DNA from: an uncultured Candidatus Saccharibacteria bacterium | GTDB taxonomy: Bacteria > Patescibacteriota > Minisyncoccia > Phycocordibacterales > UBA918 | Assembly (NCBI GenBank): GCA_964626635.1 | Contig: CAZVFY010000002.1 | Location: 72,415-136,414 of the forward strand | DNA length: 64,000 bases | Direction of reading: 5' to 3' | Shown here: positions 9,190-18,837 of the stretch, one piece after another | Layout: each line of letters opens with the position of its first letter | Position numbering within the stretch: position 1 is the stretch's first letter | Translations under genes and position numbers: made by a program | Notes under the pieces: model-generated | Database searches by the model: none | What the model saw: the letters and a program-made list of their open reading frames with translations, nothing else | What the model was told of the DNA's origin: nothing

Positions 9190-9295
9190 TGTTAGTTCAG
9201 TCAGTTTTAAAACGAACCGTGTTTCGACAGACGGGTGGGTTTGGCTGGGGCGGCCGAGAAATATGGAGCGATTTTAAAACCATAATTTATAGAAG

Positions 9296-9329
9296 TAAAC
9301 AAATCCCGACGCATGCCGGGATTTGTTTA
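9296..9329. terminator. Bidirectional terminator between aldolase and rpmG
   Basis: TAAACAAATCCCG ... CGGGATTTGTTTA 13-bp stem with A/T flanks. Confidence 0.75.
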
Positions 9330-9497
9330 TTTCTTTTGCTTATAGTCTTCGTGTTGGCGCGTGAATTTGTTGTACTTGCGCGTCATGAACTTTTTACTCG
9401 GGTCTTTCTTGTTTTTGTTATTAAACCGAGTGTAGTACACGTGACCAGCTCCGCCCTCGGCTTTGGTCATCATTTGTCGTATGAGATCTTGTGACAT
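9327..9497 (-). CDS. rpmG: 50S ribosomal protein L33, divergent and cysteine-free
   Basis: 56 aa, basic; GHVYYTRFNNKN...KKFMTRKYNKFTRQHEDYKQKK fits the L33 pattern. Confidence 0.75.
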   Translation of the reverse strand: MSQDLIRQMMTKAEGGAGHVYYTRFNNKNKKDPSKKFMTRKYNKFTRQHEDYKQKK

Positions 9498-9651
9498 AGT
9501 GGGGGAATAGTACCGGACAGACGTACAGGTGTCAATCAATTCCGTGAAAGGGAAAGTAATGAATGGCAAAGGGGTGTAATTAACAGGGTTTTTGCGTTGT
9601 ACTGCAGCCGACACGGTATGATGTAGATAGCTCACGCATGGTGTCGCTTTT

Positions 9652-10872
9652 ATGAAGGTACTCACGTTCAGTTGGGAGTTTCCGCCCGCCAAAAATGGCG
9701 GGCTGGGCGTGGCGTGCTATGGATTGACGCGCGAACTGCTACAAAATGGCCTCGATGTGACGCTGGTGCTGCCCAAAACGCAAAAGACGCTCGGTACAGC
9801 CAAATTCATCTTTGCTGATACCGAGCGACTATTGCGGACTGGTGAAATAGGCGAGACATTCTATGGTCCGTACTGTGAATCCACCACCAGTATTTATTCC
9901 CTGGTCGAATACGACGAGACCGGCAGACCAGTGATCGTTCGCCGCAGCATCCTCGATGAGGCGCACCGATTTGCGCATGAAGCCAGCCTGATCGCCAGTC
10001 AGTCGGACTGTGACGTCATTCATGCGCATGACTGGACGTCGTACCTGGCCGGTGTCGCCGCCAAACAAGCTACCGGCAGGCCACTGGTGGTCCACGTGCA
10101 CGCGACCTCGTACGACCAAGCTGGCGGGAATAACGTTGATCCCAGCATTAAACACATCGAGCAGCAAGGATTTCAGGCCGCCGACGAGATCATTGCGGTC
10201 AGTCAGTTCACTAAAAATATGATCGTTTCCAAGCATGGCGTTGACCCCGATCGCGTCATTGTGATCCACAACGGCTGCGACGCCGAACCTGTCGAACCAC
10301 AACCGCCAACGCTGGCTGCCCTCAAGGCAGCCGGTCGTAAAATCGTCCTGTACCACGGTCGTATCAGTATCCAGAAGGGTGTCGATCATTTCATACGAGC
10401 CGCCCGTTTGGTGGTTGACGCCGATCCGTCAGTGTTATTCGTAATCTCGGGGTCGGGCGATATGGAGCGTCAAATTATGCATCAGGTCGGCGAGCTCGGA
10501 TTGTCCGAGCATGTGCGATTTGCTGGCGCCCTCTGGGACACTGACCGCGACCGGATGTATCAAGCGGCGGATTTATTCGTGATGCCGTCGGTATCAGAAC
10601 CATTTGGTTTGGTGCCGCTCGAGGCGTTGCAGCACGGCACGCCGAGCGTCATCACCAAACAATCAGGCGTGGGCGAGGTACTACCCCAAGCCCTGCGCGT
10701 AGACTTTTGGGACCACGAGGCCATGGCTGCGCGGATCATCGAGGTGCTGCGTTACCCCGTCCTCAAGGAGCAGCTGGTCAGCGAAGGTCGAGCGATCTTG
10801 CCTTGGTTGTCGTGGCGCCGCGCCGCCGTCAAGGTCGAAGGATTGTTCCGTCGTCTGTTACAATATGCCTAG
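9652..10872 (+). CDS. GT4 glycosyltransferase (glycogen synthase-like)
   Basis: WEFPP..GGLG, IHAHDW, PSVSEPFGLVPLEA. Confidence 0.9.
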   Translation: MKVLTFSWEFPPAKNGGLGVACYGLTRELLQNGLDVTLVLPKTQKTLGTAKFIFADTERLLRTGEIGETFYGPYCESTTSIYSLVEYDETGRPVIVRRSILDEAHRFAHEASLIASQSDCDVIHAHDWTSYLAGVAAKQATGRPLVVHVHATSYDQAGGNNVDPSIKHIEQQGFQAADEIIAVSQFTKNMIVSKHGVDPDRVIVIHNGCDAEPVEPQPPTLAALKAAGRKIVLYHGRISIQKGVDHFIRAARLVVDADPSVLFVISGSGDMERQIMHQVGELGLSEHVRFAGALWDTDRDRMYQAADLFVMPSVSEPFGLVPLEALQHGTPSVITKQSGVGEVLPQALRVDFWDHEAMAARIIEVLRYPVLKEQLVSEGRAILPWLSWRRAAVKVEGLFRRLLQYA

Positions 10873-10875
10873 CTT

Positions 10876-12246
10876 ATGTTAAGTGTTTGTCCCTATTTTC
10901 ATGTCCATCAGCCATTTCGAGTAAAGCCGTACCGCGTGTTCGCAGTCGGTGAAGACCCGTATTATTTTAATGACGAATCAGGCCGCGACACTGACAATCG
11001 ATTTATTGTTGAGAAAGTGGCTGAGAAGTCCTACCGCCCGACCAACGCCATCCTGCAGGAGTTACTCGATCGTCATCCGCAATTTCGGTTTACTTTATCA
11101 TTCTCCGGGACCGTCCTCGAACAATTCGAAACCTACGCCCCAGACGTGCTCGAATCATTCCAGCGACTGATCGCTACCGGCCGGGTCGACGTGGTAGCAG
11201 ACACGTACCACCACTCGTTGGCGTTCTTTTATTCAGTACCCGAATTTGAGCGCCAAGTGTTGCAACACGAGCGCATTATCAAGCGTCTGTTCGGCGTCCG
11301 ACCACGCGTATTTCGTAACACTGAACTATCGTATCGCAACGACCTGGCCAAGTGGTGTGAGAATCGTGGTTATTTGGGCATCATGGCCGAGGGTTGGGAT
11401 CCGTACCTCGCCGGACGCAGTCCTAACTTTGTCTATCGGCCGGCTGGCTGTAACCGTATTAAAGTCCTCCTTAAAAATTACAAGTTATCTGACGACGTGG
11501 CCTTTCGGTTTGGGAACCAAGATTGGGAAGGTTGGCCGCTGTCGGCAGACACGTACGCCAGCTGGATCAACTCGACGCACGGTGACGGTCAGACAGTTAA
11601 CTTGTTCATGGATTACGAGAGTTTTGGTGAGCACCAGTGGGCTGATACGGGGATCTTTGATTTCTTGCGCAATTTGCCGACAGAATTATTGCGCCACCCG
11701 AACACCACGTTCCGGACCGCGACCGAAACTGTCCAGGCGCTCAGTGCGATAGGGGACTACGACGTACCAGACATTCTGACCTGGGCCGACACTGACCGCG
11801 ATCTCACTGCCTGGGTTGGCAATGATATCCAACGGGACGCGATCGCCGCGACCTTCCGGATGGAGGAGGATGTGTTGGCGACTGACAACCTTGAACTAAT
11901 TGAAACGTGGCGCAAATTGACCACCAGTGATCACTTTTATTTCATGTGCACCAAATGGTCTGAGGATGGTGATGTGCACGCGTATTTCTCGCCCTACGAA
12001 TCGCCCTATGAGGCCTATATCAATTTTATGAACGCCCTGACAGACCTGCGCCATCGCGTTGACGCGGCCAAGGCTGAAGCGCAAGCGGCGCGCGCCCGCG
12101 TCGAGGCATTTGCACCACAACCCAAGGGACGCGCGGCGACTAGTGCGCGCCGTAGGCGGGTGTCGCCAGGGCGTCAGGCCGACGCGTCAGTACCGAGCCC
12201 GCTTTCATTTTGGGCTAAATTACGCGACCGGTTGTTCCCACGATAG
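10876..12246 (+). CDS. Glycoside hydrolase family 57 (alpha-amylase-like)
   Basis: HVHQP, FRNTEL, LFMDYESFGEHQW, TSDHFY. Confidence 0.92.
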   Translation: MLSVCPYFHVHQPFRVKPYRVFAVGEDPYYFNDESGRDTDNRFIVEKVAEKSYRPTNAILQELLDRHPQFRFTLSFSGTVLEQFETYAPDVLESFQRLIATGRVDVVADTYHHSLAFFYSVPEFERQVLQHERIIKRLFGVRPRVFRNTELSYRNDLAKWCENRGYLGIMAEGWDPYLAGRSPNFVYRPAGCNRIKVLLKNYKLSDDVAFRFGNQDWEGWPLSADTYASWINSTHGDGQTVNLFMDYESFGEHQWADTGIFDFLRNLPTELLRHPNTTFRTATETVQALSAIGDYDVPDILTWADTDRDLTAWVGNDIQRDAIAATFRMEEDVLATDNLELIETWRKLTTSDHFYFMCTKWSEDGDVHAYFSPYESPYEAYINFMNALTDLRHRVDAAKAEAQAARARVEAFAPQPKGRAATSARRRRVSPGRQADASVPSPLSFWAKLRDRLFPR

Positions 12247-12297
12247 TGTGTCGTGTCGACTGCGCTGCGTGGTATAATGTGTGCAAATGATCTTTGT

Positions 12298-14280
12298 ATG
12301 GCGCGCAGTGTAACAGTCGGCAATGGGCAGATGTTGGTCGGACTTGATGGTCGTGGTCAGGTGCGTGATTTGTATTATCCGTACGTAGGCGAGAGTAACC
12401 ACGTGTCTGGCGCCAGTGGATCACACGTGCACCGCATCGGTGTGCAAGTAACTAGAGACAATAAATCTGAATTTAGTTGGCTCGACGATGCTGGTTGGAG
12501 CATCAGTGTCGGTGGAGACGAACACACGTGTGTCGGGTCGTTGTTTGCCGAGCACGACCGACTCGGGGTCACGATCGCTACGCGCGATACAGTACACAAC
12601 GAACACAATGTTTTCTTGCGTGAGTTTACTCTCACCAATACCGGCAGCACCGATGCGTCAATCAAATTATTCGTGGCGCAGCAATTTCGCATCCAGGAGT
12701 CGCGGCGCGGTGACACGGGGTACTTTGACCCCCGGGTCAATGCCATTGTGCACTACAAAGGGTCAGTGACATTACTGGTCAATGCGTTTTTGGACGGAGC
12801 GCAATTTAGTGAATACAATATCGGTATTTTTGGCATTGAAGGCAAAGAAGGTACTTGGCGTGACGCCGAAGACGGCCGGCTCGAAGGTAATCCGATCGAG
12901 CACGGCTCGGTTGACTCGGTGATCGCGGTCGAGTCCTCGCTCGAGGCCGGTGTGAGTACGACGGGGTATTACTGGATTATCGCCGCCGACAATATCCCCG
13001 CCGCACACGTGCTGGATGAGCTGGTACTACAAGAAACGCCAGCTGCGCTCATTCGCTCGACCGATGCCTACTGGTCCGCCTGGCTCGAAAAGCATGGTCG
13101 CGATCTGACCAGCCTACCGGCCACTTTGCAGACACTCTACCGCCGCTCGTTGATGATCATGCGGGTACATACAGATAACAACGGTGGGATTATTGCCTCG
13201 AGCGACACCGAGATGTTGCATCACGGCCGTGATTGTTATTCGTATGTGTGGCCGCGTGATGGGGCGCTGATCGCGCACGCCTTTGATCAGACCGGGTACC
13301 GTGATGTGGCGCGACAGTTTTTCTTATTTATGCGAGAGTGCCAAGAGCCGGCCGGGTACCTGATGCACAAATACCGCACCGACGGAGCGCTCGGTAGTTC
13401 GTGGCATCCATGGATCATTGACGGTCAGGCCAGACTACCAATCCAAGAGGATGAGACAGCGAGCATTCTGTTCGTACTCTGGAAACATTTCCAGCGTTAC
13501 AAAGACGTCGAGTTTGTCGAGTCAATGTATAACTCGTTCATTGAACCAGCCGCCAATTTTATGGTGGACTATATCGAGCCGACCACTGGTCTTCCCTCGG
13601 CGTCATTTGATTTGTGGGAGGAAAAGTACGGTACTAGCACATACACGGCAGCCAGTGTCTACGCCGGGTTAGCGGCCGCCAGTAAGTTTGCGCAACTCCT
13701 TGGCAAAGCCGAGCCAGCACGTACGTATGGGGCAGTAGCGTCCAGGCTCAAGCGTGCGATCGATGAGCATCTGTGGGATGAAGCACGCGGTGCGTACATC
13801 AAACACGTCTACCACACCGAAGACGGATTACAGTATGATCGGACCATTGATACTAGTAGTTTATACGGTATGTTGTTTTTCGAGGTAGCCTCACACACTG
13901 ACGAACGACTGGCGCGGATGCTACAAACTGTCGAACAAACACTCGCGGTGCGCGGCAACGCAGAGGGCTACATGCGCTACGAAGGCGACAATTACTACAA
14001 ACAAAATGACGCTGACACACCAAACCCGTGGGTTATCTGTACGTTGTGGGTGGCGCAGTTTTATATTGCCGTCGCGACCGACAAACAGGGACTACAAAAG
14101 GCTCTCGAGCTGCTCGAATGGACAGCCTCGCATGCGACCAGTAGCGGCGTTCTGGCTGAACAAATGCACCCGGATACGCGCGCGCAGTTATCGACCGCGC
14201 CCCTCACTTGGAGCCACGCGGAATTTGTGATGGCGTGTGAGGCGTACATGAAAAAGTGGCACGCGCTACAACAAAATTAA
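12298..14280 (+). CDS. Glycoside hydrolase family 15 (glucoamylase-like)
   Basis: YSYVWPRDG, QEDET, DLWEE, LAEQ, PLTWSHA. Confidence 0.92.
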   Translation: MARSVTVGNGQMLVGLDGRGQVRDLYYPYVGESNHVSGASGSHVHRIGVQVTRDNKSEFSWLDDAGWSISVGGDEHTCVGSLFAEHDRLGVTIATRDTVHNEHNVFLREFTLTNTGSTDASIKLFVAQQFRIQESRRGDTGYFDPRVNAIVHYKGSVTLLVNAFLDGAQFSEYNIGIFGIEGKEGTWRDAEDGRLEGNPIEHGSVDSVIAVESSLEAGVSTTGYYWIIAADNIPAAHVLDELVLQETPAALIRSTDAYWSAWLEKHGRDLTSLPATLQTLYRRSLMIMRVHTDNNGGIIASSDTEMLHHGRDCYSYVWPRDGALIAHAFDQTGYRDVARQFFLFMRECQEPAGYLMHKYRTDGALGSSWHPWIIDGQARLPIQEDETASILFVLWKHFQRYKDVEFVESMYNSFIEPAANFMVDYIEPTTGLPSASFDLWEEKYGTSTYTAASVYAGLAAASKFAQLLGKAEPARTYGAVASRLKRAIDEHLWDEARGAYIKHVYHTEDGLQYDRTIDTSSLYGMLFFEVASHTDERLARMLQTVEQTLAVRGNAEGYMRYEGDNYYKQNDADTPNPWVICTLWVAQFYIAVATDKQGLQKALELLEWTASHATSSGVLAEQMHPDTRAQLSTAPLTWSHAEFVMACEAYMKKWHALQQN

Positions 14281-14288
14281 TGTGGTTC

Positions 14289-15278
14289 TTAGATGGGTTC
14301 TTTAGACCAGCGCTGAGTCGCGGTATCAAACGTACCAATCTTTACCCGATGAATGCGCCACGCGAGGCCAACTGTGCTCAGTTGCATCGCGATTACACAG
14401 GCGAGTGTGCGCATGTACGTACCTGAACTGCAGCTGCAACGAAAGTGTAGAATAGAGTAGGTTGCTGGCAATAGTGTGTCAGACCATGTATCGTCTCGCA
14501 CTTGCTCCCAATCTGTTCGTACATCCGTGCGGCGGAAGTCAGCACCCAGGACTTTGCGATCATCAGTCACTGGCGGCATGGTGTTGATGTTTGCAAGTGC
14601 GGTTTCGGCAATCGTGGCGCGGTCGAGCTTGTCACTGCCTACATATTCTAATGAGTAAATGGTTGATTGTCGCTCTGGGATCGTTATCTCGTGCAAGCGA
14701 TTTTCTAGCGCCCACTGAAACAAAGGTTTTCCATTAACCGTTTTGCTCGAGTACGCCGGATAGGGAAGAGAGATCTGCCCAGTGAGTTTTGCACATATTG
14801 GTCTTATTTCATTCTCAAGAATCGAAGGCGATAAAAATGCGCGCTGCGCGCTAAGAGTAGGGGAAGGCATTTTTATCGCTTTCGATTCTTTCTCTGCTGG
14901 CGAACTGGTCAGACCGGTATCACCAAGCCTTCCCCCAGTCTTAGGCCGAAGGCCGCTTGGTGATACCGGCATGGCCGGGTGAGTCTCATTTGTATCCGTG
15001 TACAGCCGCCCCAACACATCATGCGTGTCCGATCCGATGCCCAGCAACACCGAAAATTCGTATGCTTTGTCTAGTCCCAAATACAACTCTTTTCTCTTGC
15101 ATTCCTCGCCAACCAGCACCAGTAATTGCCCAGTAGCCATCGGATCCAGTCGGCCGGCGTACGTTAGGGGAATGTCAGCGGGAATACCGGCTGTATCCCG
15201 CCACGCTTCGAGGCAGGCGAGCGGCGTTTGCCCCAATTGCTTATCAAGTACGACTCGAGACGGGTACGGTGATGACAT
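14289..15278 (-). CDS. truB: tRNA pseudouridine synthase TruB-like, with about 50-aa insertion
   Basis: AGRLDPMATG, SDTHDVLG, PAYSSKTVNGKPL, CSSGTYMRTL. Confidence 0.85.
   Translation of the reverse strand: MSSPYPSRVVLDKQLGQTPLACLEAWRDTAGIPADIPLTYAGRLDPMATGQLLVLVGEECKRKELYLGLDKAYEFSVLLGIGSDTHDVLGRLYTDTNETHPAMPVSPSGLRPKTGGRLGDTGLTSSPAEKESKAIKMPSPTLSAQRAFLSPSILENEIRPICAKLTGQISLPYPAYSSKTVNGKPLFQWALENRLHEITIPERQSTIYSLEYVGSDKLDRATIAETALANINTMPPVTDDRKVLGADFRRTDVRTDWEQVRDDTWSDTLLPATYSILHFRCSCSSGTYMRTLACVIAMQLSTVGLAWRIHRVKIGTFDTATQRWSKEPI
14817..14969. repeat. Pair of long hairpins with a shared 26-nt loop in inverted orientation, in-frame within truB
   Basis: Arms 14817-14840/14867-14890 (23/24 match) and 14914-14928/14955-14969 (15/15); loops 14841-14866 and 14929-14954 are related by reverse complement. 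Confidence 0.9.
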
Positions 15279-15298
15279 ATTGTGCGTCTTTATCAGTA

Positions 15299-15385
15299 TT
15301 AAGCACCAAACGGATCACCTCCGACAAAGGCATTCCAGATGAGTAACAGCACCAGTGCGCCAAAAGCCAATAAAAAGACTTTCAT
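15299..15385 (-). CDS. Candidate 28-aa single-TM peptide
   Basis: MKVFLLAFGALVLLLIWNAFVGGDPFGA read by hand, just upstream of truB. Confidence 0.4.
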   Translation of the reverse strand: MKVFLLAFGALVLLLIWNAFVGGDPFGA

Positions 15386-15459
15386 ATATTCAAACTCTAC
15401 CACGTCCTGGCTGGCTTACGCAGTGGTGTTGGGTTGACTCACCACAGTGAGGGTGTACT

Positions 15460-15786
15460 ATGCAGGCGCAAACTATGAAAAATCATGTGCTCGATCAAGT
15501 CCTAGAAGCCGAAACCAAGGCCGACAGTATCCTGTCTAATGCCCGCACGGCAGCCGGAGAGCGGATCGCTGCCGCGCGCGTTGCGGCCGATCAAACTATT
15601 GCTACGACGCAAAAGACGCTCGAAACTAAGGCACAAGACGAACTGCGCGCGCTCGAGCAGTCGCTGCAGGGAACTTTGGTAGATATCCAGGCCGCCGGGG
15701 AAAAAGATGCGGCCAAAATTCAGTCAGACGCGACCAAAAAGCAGGCAGAATTAGTCGCGCAAGCAATGCAAGTTCTCAGCGTATAA
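15460..15786 (+). CDS. V/A-type ATPase peripheral stalk subunit G/H
   Basis: Ala/Glu/Lys-rich coiled coil at the head of the operon; start may be 15475. Confidence 0.75.
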   Translation: MQAQTMKNHVLDQVLEAETKADSILSNARTAAGERIAAARVAADQTIATTQKTLETKAQDELRALEQSLQGTLVDIQAAGEKDAAKIQSDATKKQAELVAQAMQVLSV

Positions 15787-15795
15787 ACCAGTGTT

Positions 15796-17745
15796 ATGGC
15801 AGTTATCCCAATGCAAAAACTGGCGTATTACGTACCGAAGTCTCAGACTGATGATTTTTTGCGTGTCGTCCAAAAGTACGCTGCGTTCGAGATCGACCAG
15901 TCAGCCGCACCAGCTGATCTGGTAGCGAGTCAATTGCCAGATATGCAACACGGCGAGTTGGCGGCCCGGCTTGAACAGGCACTGGCCTTCGCTAGTGGCT
16001 ACACCGAAGCACCCAGCGCGTACCATACATTCCGATACGGGTCCGGAGTGTCATTGTCCGAACTGCAAATCGCTAGCTACCTGCATGAGGTAGACGATTT
16101 GCAGTCTGCCCTCGGCAGTGTCGAGACTTTGCGGTACGAACTGAACACTGTTGATCAGCAAATCACCGCCCTCGAAGAGAAGCGTGCCAGCCTCGAACCA
16201 TTTGCCGATCTCGGTGCGCCACTACAGTCGCTACGCACCAGTCGGACGCAGTCATTTGTGGTGCAGCGCAACGGCGTATTGGTAGAAGACATCGTCGCCG
16301 CGCTCGCTCGTGATGGTGTGGTCGCCCACGCAACTGAACTGGACAGTCGGGCGCTCGTCACTATTTACATGCAAATGCTTGAGACAGATGCCGCTGTCCG
16401 ATTGTTAGAGGCGACCACAGTCGATGTCTACGACACCCCTGCCGTTACCGGTGTCGCAAGCGAAGCCTTACAAGAGGTCGCCGATGCGCTCGTCGGACTC
16501 GCTGCCACTCGAGATGGTATCGTCGTACGCGTGCGCGCCGCCGTCGCCGAGCATCACATATTGCTCGCGACGTACGCCGAGCTATTTTCGTGGGTGCGCG
16601 CCCGGTCTGATGCGGCACAATTGGGCGCTGCCACGGCCACTGCCCACGTCTACACCGGTTGGTTGCAAGCTCCATTGCGGGAGACTGTCGAATCAGAGCT
16701 GTCTGACGCTGGCGTCGCATTCGCCAAGAGCGATGTGCCGCTCGCCGCAAATGAAGAACCTCCGGTAGAAATCAAAAATAATCGACTCATCCAACCGTTC
16801 GAGGCGGTCACGCGTCTTTACGGCATGCCCGGGTACAAAGACCTAGACCCGACGCTATTCCTGGCGGGCTTCTTCTTTTTGTTCTTTGGTCTTTCGCTGA
16901 CTGACGTTGGCTACGGCCTGAGCCTCGTGGCAGTCAGTGCGATCGTGTTGCTGTTTGGAAAAGTGAACGACACCATCCGATCATTCATGAAATTGCTGCT
17001 GTTCATCGGGTCGGCCACGGTATTAGTCGGGATGTTGTTCGGCGGGTACTTTGGGATTGATATCGGTCTCTTGCCAGCGCCACTCCAAGCTCTGCAGGTG
17101 TTTGACCCGATCGGCAATCCGCTGCCGGTGTTCTACCTGGCGCTCGGGCTCGGTGTGTTCCAAGTAATGGTTGGGCTGCTCTTGCGGATTTATTCGGATG
17201 CACGCAACGGGCAGTTCCTGGATGGATTGTGGGAGCAAGGACCGTGGCTGTTCTTGTTCGGGGTAGGAATCACGTACGTGTTGTCTATCGTTGAATGGGT
17301 CGCGGTGTCTCCAGAACTGTTGACTCGTCTCACGTATGCTGGCCTGGCTCTGCTGGTCGTAGGGGCACTGCGCAAGAGCACAGGCGTCCTCAGTGCCTTG
17401 ATGAATGTGTTCGGTAGTCTCTACAATTCGGTTGGGTTCCTGTCGGACATCTTGTCGTACTCGCGCTTACTGGCGCTCGGACTCGCGACCACGGCGCTGG
17501 CGTTTGCGGTCAATCTGATTGCTGGTATCGTGTACGAAGCTGTCCCTTATGTCGGCGTAGTTTTTGCCATCCTAATCCTCATCATTGGACATACATTTAC
17601 GCTGGCAGTGAACACGCTCGGGGCGTTCATCCATAGTGCCCGGTTGCAGTTTGTCGAATTTTTTGGCAAATTTGTGGTCGGTACTGGGCGCGCTTTCAAG
17701 CCGCTCGCTCGCTCGTATAACCACGTAACGGTTACCAAGGAGTGA
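15796..17745 (+). CDS. ntpI: V/A-type ATPase subunit I
   Basis: YGMPGYKDLDPT, SDILSYSRLLAL (essential Arg), HSARLQFVEFF. Confidence 0.95.
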   Translation: MAVIPMQKLAYYVPKSQTDDFLRVVQKYAAFEIDQSAAPADLVASQLPDMQHGELAARLEQALAFASGYTEAPSAYHTFRYGSGVSLSELQIASYLHEVDDLQSALGSVETLRYELNTVDQQITALEEKRASLEPFADLGAPLQSLRTSRTQSFVVQRNGVLVEDIVAALARDGVVAHATELDSRALVTIYMQMLETDAAVRLLEATTVDVYDTPAVTGVASEALQEVADALVGLAATRDGIVVRVRAAVAEHHILLATYAELFSWVRARSDAAQLGAATATAHVYTGWLQAPLRETVESELSDAGVAFAKSDVPLAANEEPPVEIKNNRLIQPFEAVTRLYGMPGYKDLDPTLFLAGFFFLFFGLSLTDVGYGLSLVAVSAIVLLFGKVNDTIRSFMKLLLFIGSATVLVGMLFGGYFGIDIGLLPAPLQALQVFDPIGNPLPVFYLALGLGVFQVMVGLLLRIYSDARNGQFLDGLWEQGPWLFLFGVGITYVLSIVEWVAVSPELLTRLTYAGLALLVVGALRKSTGVLSALMNVFGSLYNSVGFLSDILSYSRLLALGLATTALAFAVNLIAGIVYEAVPYVGVVFAILILIIGHTFTLAVNTLGAFIHSARLQFVEFFGKFVVGTGRAFKPLARSYNHVTVTKE

Positions 17746-17763
17746 TCGTACGACATTATTTAA

Positions 17764-18267
<504 letters not shown>

Positions 18268-18271
18268 TTCT

Positions 18272-18829
18272 ATGTCTAATCCTGTCGCAGACAAAATCAT
18301 TGCTGACGCTGAATCCGAGGCTGTACGTATGCAAGCTGAGGCAGACGCTACGATTGCTGTAATCGAGGCCGAGACAATGGCGCGGACAAAGTCATTAGAA
18401 TCCGAAGCAACTGCGGCCAGGCAAAAGGCGGCTACTGCGCGGCAAAAAGTCCTGACTGCCAAGGCCGAGCAAGCTGCCAATCTCTCGCGCCAAGGCGCCA
18501 AGCGCGCAGCAATCGAATCAGTCTTGCAAGCCGTACATAGCGAACTAGAGAACGAACCGGCTAACGCGTACATCTCGAGGTACAGCGAACTATTGCAACG
18601 CAGCGATATCAAGGCCGCTGACGTGACCAGTGTACTCGCTCCGGCAAATCGCGTTGACGAAACCAAAGCGATCCTGGCTGCAGCTGACATTGAATCTGCC
18701 GCCGAGACCGGTGATTTTACGGCCGGACTGATCGTCGTCACCACGCATGGTCGATACGACCTCACGGCCGCTCGACTGCTGCGCGATTGTAAACCAGAGA
18801 TCGAGGTCGCACTACAAAAGATTCTGTAA
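18272..18829 (+). CDS. ntpE: V/A-type ATPase subunit E
   Basis: Operon position, KIIADAESEA N-terminal helix, AGLIV near the C-terminus. Confidence 0.8.
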   Translation: MSNPVADKIIADAESEAVRMQAEADATIAVIEAETMARTKSLESEATAARQKAATARQKVLTAKAEQAANLSRQGAKRAAIESVLQAVHSELENEPANAYISRYSELLQRSDIKAADVTSVLAPANRVDETKAILAAADIESAAETGDFTAGLIVVTTHGRYDLTAARLLRDCKPEIEVALQKIL

Positions 18830-18837
18830 ACAATTCT

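Noticed and set aside
14817-14969. truB insert as an intein, group I/II intron or integron attC site
   Set aside because: Too short, no Cys/Ser...His-Asn intein ends, no recognisable intron core, and no RYYYAAC/GTTRRRY attC ends.
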